DNA from: Candidatus Methylomirabilia bacterium
GTDB lineage: Bacteria; Methylomirabilota; Methylomirabilia; Rokubacteriales; CSP1-6
Length of the DNA stretch: 16,030 nt
Assembly (NCBI GenBank): GCA_041496385.1
Contig: JBGQEL010000093.1
Coordinates: 1-16,030, forward strand
Reading direction: 5' to 3'
Part shown: in pieces, positions 7,816 through 16,030 of the stretch
How the letters are laid out: every line of letters starts with the position of its first letter
Position numbering within the stretch: the first letter of the stretch is position 1
Notes under the pieces: generated by a model
Databases searched by the model: none
What the model saw: the letters and a program-made list of their open reading frames with translations, nothing else
What the model was told of the DNA's origin: nothing
Translations under genes and position numbers: made by a program

Positions 7816-9252
7816 GGAAGGGGCGCGGGGAGGTCGGACTTGCCCATGAGGTACAGATCCGCGCCGCGCGCGGCCGAGCGCCCCTCGGCGATCGCCCAGA
7901 CGATCAGCGACTGGCCGCGCTGCATGTCGCCGCAGGCGAAGACACCCGGCACGCTCGTCATCCAGCTCGCGTCGCGCCAGACGTTGCCGCGCTCCGTGAG
8001 CGTGACGCCGAGATCCGCGAGCATGCCCGGCCTCTCGGGGCCGAGGAACCCCATGGCGAGGAGCACCAGCTCGCAGTCCAGCACGAACTCGCTCTCCGAC
8101 ACGGGCCTGAAGTCGACGCGTCCGCCCTCGCGGACCATCTCGACCTGTACCGCGTGGAGCCGCGCGACGCGTCCGTCGGCGTCGCCGGTGAAGCGCTGCG
8201 TGGAGACCGCGTAGACGCGCTCGCCGCCTTCCTCGTGCGCGCTCGACACGCGGAAGACGTTCGGCCAGAGCGGCCACGGGTTGTCGGGCGCGCGATCGTC
8301 GGGCGGCCGCGGCAGCAGCTCGAACTGGTGGACCGAGGCGGCGCCCTGGCGATGGACGGTGCCGAGACAGTCGGCGCCGGTGTCGCCGCCGCCGATGATC
8401 ACCACGCGCTTTCCCTCGGCCGTGATGAAGGCGGTGTCGGGAACGACGTCGCCCTCGCATCGCCGGTTCTGGAGGGTGAGGTATTCCATCGCGAAGTGGA
8501 TCCCGCGGAGATCGCGCCCCGGCACCTGGAGGTCGCGCGGGTGACAGGCGCCGCCCGCCAGGACGATCGCGTCGAAGTCGCGGCGAAGCTCCGCGACGGG
8601 CAGGTTCACGCCGACGTGGCAGCCCGTCCGGAAGGCCACGCCCTCCTTCTCCATGAGCGTCAGGCGCCGGTCGACGAAGCGCTTCTCCATCTTGAACTCG
8701 GGGATGCCGTACCGGAGGAGCCCGCCGATCCGGTCGGCGCGCTCGAGGACCGTCACCGTGTGCCCGGCGCGGTTGAGCTGCTGCGCGGCGGCGAGCCCGG
8801 CGGGGCCCGAGCCGACGACCGCGACCTTCTTGCCCGTGCGCACCGTGGGCGGCTCGGCCGTGACCCAGCCCTCGTCGAAGGCGTGCTCGATGATCCTCTG
8901 CTCCACCGCCTTGATCGTCACCGGATCGTCGTTGATCCCGAGGACGCACGAGCCCTCGCAGGGCGCCGGGCAGAGCCGACCGGTCCACTCCGGGAAGTTA
9001 TTGGTCGCGTGCAGGCGATCGATCGCGTCCCGCCAGCGGTCCCTGTACACGAGGTCGTTCCAGTCCGGGATGATGTTGCCCAGCGGGCAGCCCTGGTGGC
9101 AGAACGGGATGCCGCAGTCCATGCACCGCGCGGCCTGCTTCTTGAGCTCGTCGGCCGGATAGGGGAGATAGACCTCGCGCCAGTCGGCGAGCCGCTCCCC
9201 GACCGGGCGAGTCGGCCACTTCTTCCGCTTGATCTCGAGGAAGCCGGTGACC

Positions 9253-9260
<8 letters not shown>
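7812..9260 (-). CDS. gltD: glutamate synthase small (beta) subunit
   Basis: 482 aa. Motifs [80 protein letters not shown]. Its GTG start overlaps the end of gltB. Confidence 0.97.
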
Positions 9261-13848
<4,588 letters not shown>

Positions 13849-13861
13849 TGCTGCATCCCCT

Positions 13862-13879
13862 TTGTGAACAGTTGCACGA
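13862..13879. promoter_or_regulatory. Rex-like operator (TTGTGAA-N4-TGCACGA)
   Basis: 12/14 match to the Rex consensus TTGTGAA-N4-TTCACAA. It overlaps the predicted gltB transcription start. Confidence 0.5.
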
Positions 13880-13907
13880 TAATATCCGGAAGCTGACTAT
13901 TAGTCAT
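13879..13907 (-). promoter_or_regulatory. putative sigma70 promoter of gltBD
   Basis: - strand ATGACT (13907-13902), 17-nt spacer, TATTAT (13884-13879), in an AT-rich intergenic island. Confidence 0.55.
13894..13906. promoter_or_regulatory. perfect palindrome TGACTA-T-TAGTCA (T-N11-A), candidate regulator site
   Basis: Exact 6-bp inverted repeat overlapping the predicted gltB -35. Confidence 0.5.
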
Positions 13908-13929
13908 CCCGAAAAATTCGTATGATATG

Positions 13930-13946
13930 TATCAGCGGCGCTTATA
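13930..13946. promoter_or_regulatory. LysR recognition box (T-N11-A dyad)
   Basis: TATCAGC-GGC-GCTTATA has 6/7 dyad symmetry. It is centred about 65 nt upstream of the predicted gltB start site and overlaps the LysR promoter region, which is the canonical LTTR geometry. Confidence 0.6.
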
Positions 13947-13959
13947 GTAAAGTCTGCGC

Positions 13960-14910
13960 ATGCACCTGGAGACGCTGCGGCTCTACTGCGACGTGATCCG
14001 CCTCCGCTCGTTCTCGCGCGGCGCCGCGCAGAACTTCGTCTCCCAGTCCGCCGCCAGCCAGGCCGTCCAGCAGCTCGAGGCGGACCTGGGCGTGGCGCTC
14101 ATCGACCGGACCAAGCGGCCGTTCGTCGTCTCGCCCGAGGGGCAGGCCTTCTACGAGGCCTGCCGGAGTCTGCTCGAGACGTGGGAGAAGGTCAAGGCCG
14201 AGGTGGCCGCGGTGAAGGTGCGTGTGGACGGGACCGTGCGCGTCGCCGCGATCTACTCGGTGGGTCTTCACGACGTGAGCCGCCACATGCAGCGGTTCAT
14301 GTCGCTCTACCCGGCGGCGCGCGTCCAGCTCGAGTGCCTGCACCCGCACAAGGTCGTGGAGGCGGTCCTCGAGGGCGAGGCCGACGTGGGGATCATGTCC
14401 TACCCGCCCACCGACCGTGCGCTGTCGATCGTCCCGCTGCGCGCCGAGCCGATGGCGTTCGTGTCGCATCCGAGCCACCGGCTCGCGCGGCGCAAGCTCG
14501 TCCGGCCCACCGACCTGAGCGGCGAGACCTTCATCGCCTTCGATCCCGGGCTCACGATCCGCAAGGCGATCGACCGCGCGCTGCGCCAGCACGACGTGAA
14601 GGTCAACATCGTGATGGAGTTCGACAACATCGAGACGATCAAGCAGGCGATCATGATCGCGGCGGGCGTCTCGATCCTGCCCCGCCACACGGTGCAGAAG
14701 GAGGCGGGGATCCGGACCCTCGCCGTCGTGCCGCTGGCGATCCCGGACCTCGTCCGCCCGGTCGGGATCATCCACCGCCGCCAGAAGCCGCTCACACCCA
14801 CCGCGAGCCGGTTCATCCAGCTCCTGAAGGAAGCGAGCGAAGAGCCCATCGACGCTGCCCCGGTGCTCCGGCCGAGGACGCGCGCGGTCGGCCGAAGTCC
14901 TGTAGGATGA
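13960..14910 (+). CDS. LysR-family transcriptional regulator, divergent from gltBD (GltC-like position)
   Basis: 316 aa. N-terminal HTH SFSRGA....VSQSAASQAVQQLEADLGV.LIDR, and a substrate-binding domain with MEFDNIETIKQAI...GVSILP. Confidence 0.95.
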   Translation: MHLETLRLYCDVIRLRSFSRGAAQNFVSQSAASQAVQQLEADLGVALIDRTKRPFVVSPEGQAFYEACRSLLETWEKVKAEVAAVKVRVDGTVRVAAIYSVGLHDVSRHMQRFMSLYPAARVQLECLHPHKVVEAVLEGEADVGIMSYPPTDRALSIVPLRAEPMAFVSHPSHRLARRKLVRPTDLSGETFIAFDPGLTIRKAIDRALRQHDVKVNIVMEFDNIETIKQAIMIAAGVSILPRHTVQKEAGIRTLAVVPLAIPDLVRPVGIIHRRQKPLTPTASRFIQLLKEASEEPIDAAPVLRPRTRAVGRSPVG

Positions 14911-14944
14911 CGTCGGGGCCGTAAAGGCAGGGAGGGGACACGTC

Positions 14945-15469
14945 ATGGGTGAGTTCGAGGACGAGTATTCCGCCGCGCTCGAGGGCGAGCGCAAGGAGAC
15001 CCGCGGGGCACTGCTCGACGACACGATCGCCGTCCTGTCGCCCGCGGAGCCGATCCGCCTGCCTGAGACGGCGTCGGTCCACGAGGCGGTCCAGACCATG
15101 GTGGCGCGCCGGCAGGCGGGGACGTTGATCACCGATGCCGAGGGGCGGCTCATCGGGATCTTCACCGAGCGGGACGTGCTCACGCGCGTGCTCGGACGGG
15201 ATCTCGACCCGCGCACGACGCCGCTCTCCGCGGTCATGACCAAGAACCCCGACGCCCTCTCGGTGCGCGACCGCATCGCCTGGGCGGTCCACTCCATGAG
15301 CGTTGCCGGCTATCGCACGGTCCCGCTCGTTGACGCGGAGCGTCGTCCGATCGGCGTGGTGACGGTGAGCGACGTCATCCGCTGGCTGGCCGATCTGTTC
15401 CCGGAAGCGGTCCTGAACCTCCCGCCGGGCGAGCGGCTCAAGCGTCCCCACGAGATCGATGCGGGCTGA
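14945..15469 (+). CDS. CBS-domain (Bateman pair) protein
   Basis: 174 aa with two CBS repeats (G.LIGIFTERD..., VMTKNP..., PLVD....PIGVVTVSD). GGAGGGG SD. Confidence 0.9.
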   Translation: MGEFEDEYSAALEGERKETRGALLDDTIAVLSPAEPIRLPETASVHEAVQTMVARRQAGTLITDAEGRLIGIFTERDVLTRVLGRDLDPRTTPLSAVMTKNPDALSVRDRIAWAVHSMSVAGYRTVPLVDAERRPIGVVTVSDVIRWLADLFPEAVLNLPPGERLKRPHEIDAG

Positions 15470-15491
15470 GGGGCCGGGGCCGAGCCAAATC

Positions 15492-15520
15492 TTGCCCGCG
15501 CCTGGGGTGTTCGCTAAAAT
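15492..15520 (+). promoter_or_regulatory. putative sigma70 promoter of the 2-oxoacid oxidoreductase operon
   Basis: TTGCCC (15492-15497), 17-nt spacer, TAAAAT (15515-15520). Confidence 0.6.
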
Positions 15521-15649
15521 GACAACGGTCTGCCGGAGTTACAGCGCGCCGACCGGGGCAGGCGGCCTCAGCAGTGATACCCGAGGGAGCGACGGAAGCG
15601 GTCAGCGTGTGTGCGGTAGGCACGATACCGACTGAGGAGAGACGACTCG

Positions 15650-16030
15650 ATGAGTGAGACGGCGACTCCCGCCTCGGGTGTCCACAAGTCGCTGAAGGAG
15701 CTCGACCGGGCGGTCATTCGCTTCGCCGGGGACTCCGGCGACGGCATGCAGCTCACCGGCGAGCAGTTCACGACCGAGTCGGCGTGGGCGGGCAACGACA
15801 TCGCGACCCTGCCGAACTTCCCGGCCGAGATCCGCGCCCCCGCCGGCACCCTGTTCGGCGTGTCGAGCTTTCAGCTCCAGTTCGGCAGCCAGCGCGTCTA
15901 CACACCGGGCGACCGCCTGGACTGCCTCGTCGCGATGAATCCGGCCGCGCTCAAGGTGCACCTGCGCGACCTGAAGACGGGCGGGCTGCTGATCGTCAAC
16001 ACGCAGGCGTTCGAGAAGCGCAACCTCGAC
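15650..16030 (+). CDS. korA: 2-oxoacid:ferredoxin (acceptor) oxidoreductase alpha subunit, N-terminal part (3' end outside window)
   Basis: ATG at 15650 after GAGGAG. Reads [40 protein letters not shown]...[17 protein letters not shown]...[15 protein letters not shown], the fused gamma-alpha KorA-type N-terminus. Open to the window end; not in the ORF track. Substrate (2-oxoglutarate) is inferred. Confidence 0.9.
   Translation, partial: MSETATPASGVHKSLKELDRAVIRFAGDSGDGMQLTGEQFTTESAWAGNDIATLPNFPAEIRAPAGTLFGVSSFQLQFGSQRVYTPGDRLDCLVAMNPAALKVHLRDLKTGGLLIVNTQAFEKRNLD

Noticed and set aside
15575..15606. GGGAGCGAC segment reminiscent of the ZTP (pfl) riboswitch
   Set aside because: The upstream GACTGGCG and downstream CGCCTGGG elements are not present in the required order, and the gene context does not fit.
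15519..15635. Short uORF MTTVCRSYSAPTG...HDTD* ending at the korA SD
   Set aside because: Its ATG overlaps the predicted -10 hexamer, it has no SD, and codon usage is atypical.

Overview
Very GC-rich bacterial chromosomal window (roughly 70% GC by eye), mostly housekeeping genes. The + strand carries the 3' end of gpsA, galT, a tRNA-Gly(GCC)/tRNA-Cys(GCA)/tRNA-Leu(TAA) cluster interrupted by a 123-aa orphan ORF, lgt, an archaeal/eukaryote-like RtcB RNA ligase, an uncharacterised radical SAM protein coupled to moaA, and a chlorite dismutase/ChdC-family protein. The - strand carries gltB-gltD (glutamate synthase) followed by an apparent alpha/beta-hydrolase remnant. Divergently on + lie a LysR regulator, a CBS-domain protein and the 5' end of a 2-oxoacid:ferredoxin oxidoreductase alpha subunit. 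I found no CRISPR array, transposase or integrase. The oddities most worth checking are: an ORF inside the tRNA cluster between CTAGCGG direct repeats; a tRNA-Leu(UAA) with no long variable arm; a stand-alone RtcB next to the tRNAs; repeated leaderless (TGn)TANNNT promoter signatures; a Rex-like operator plus LysR boxes at gltB; and a possibly structured 5' leader of korA. Family assignments come from motif recognition only; no database searches were run.
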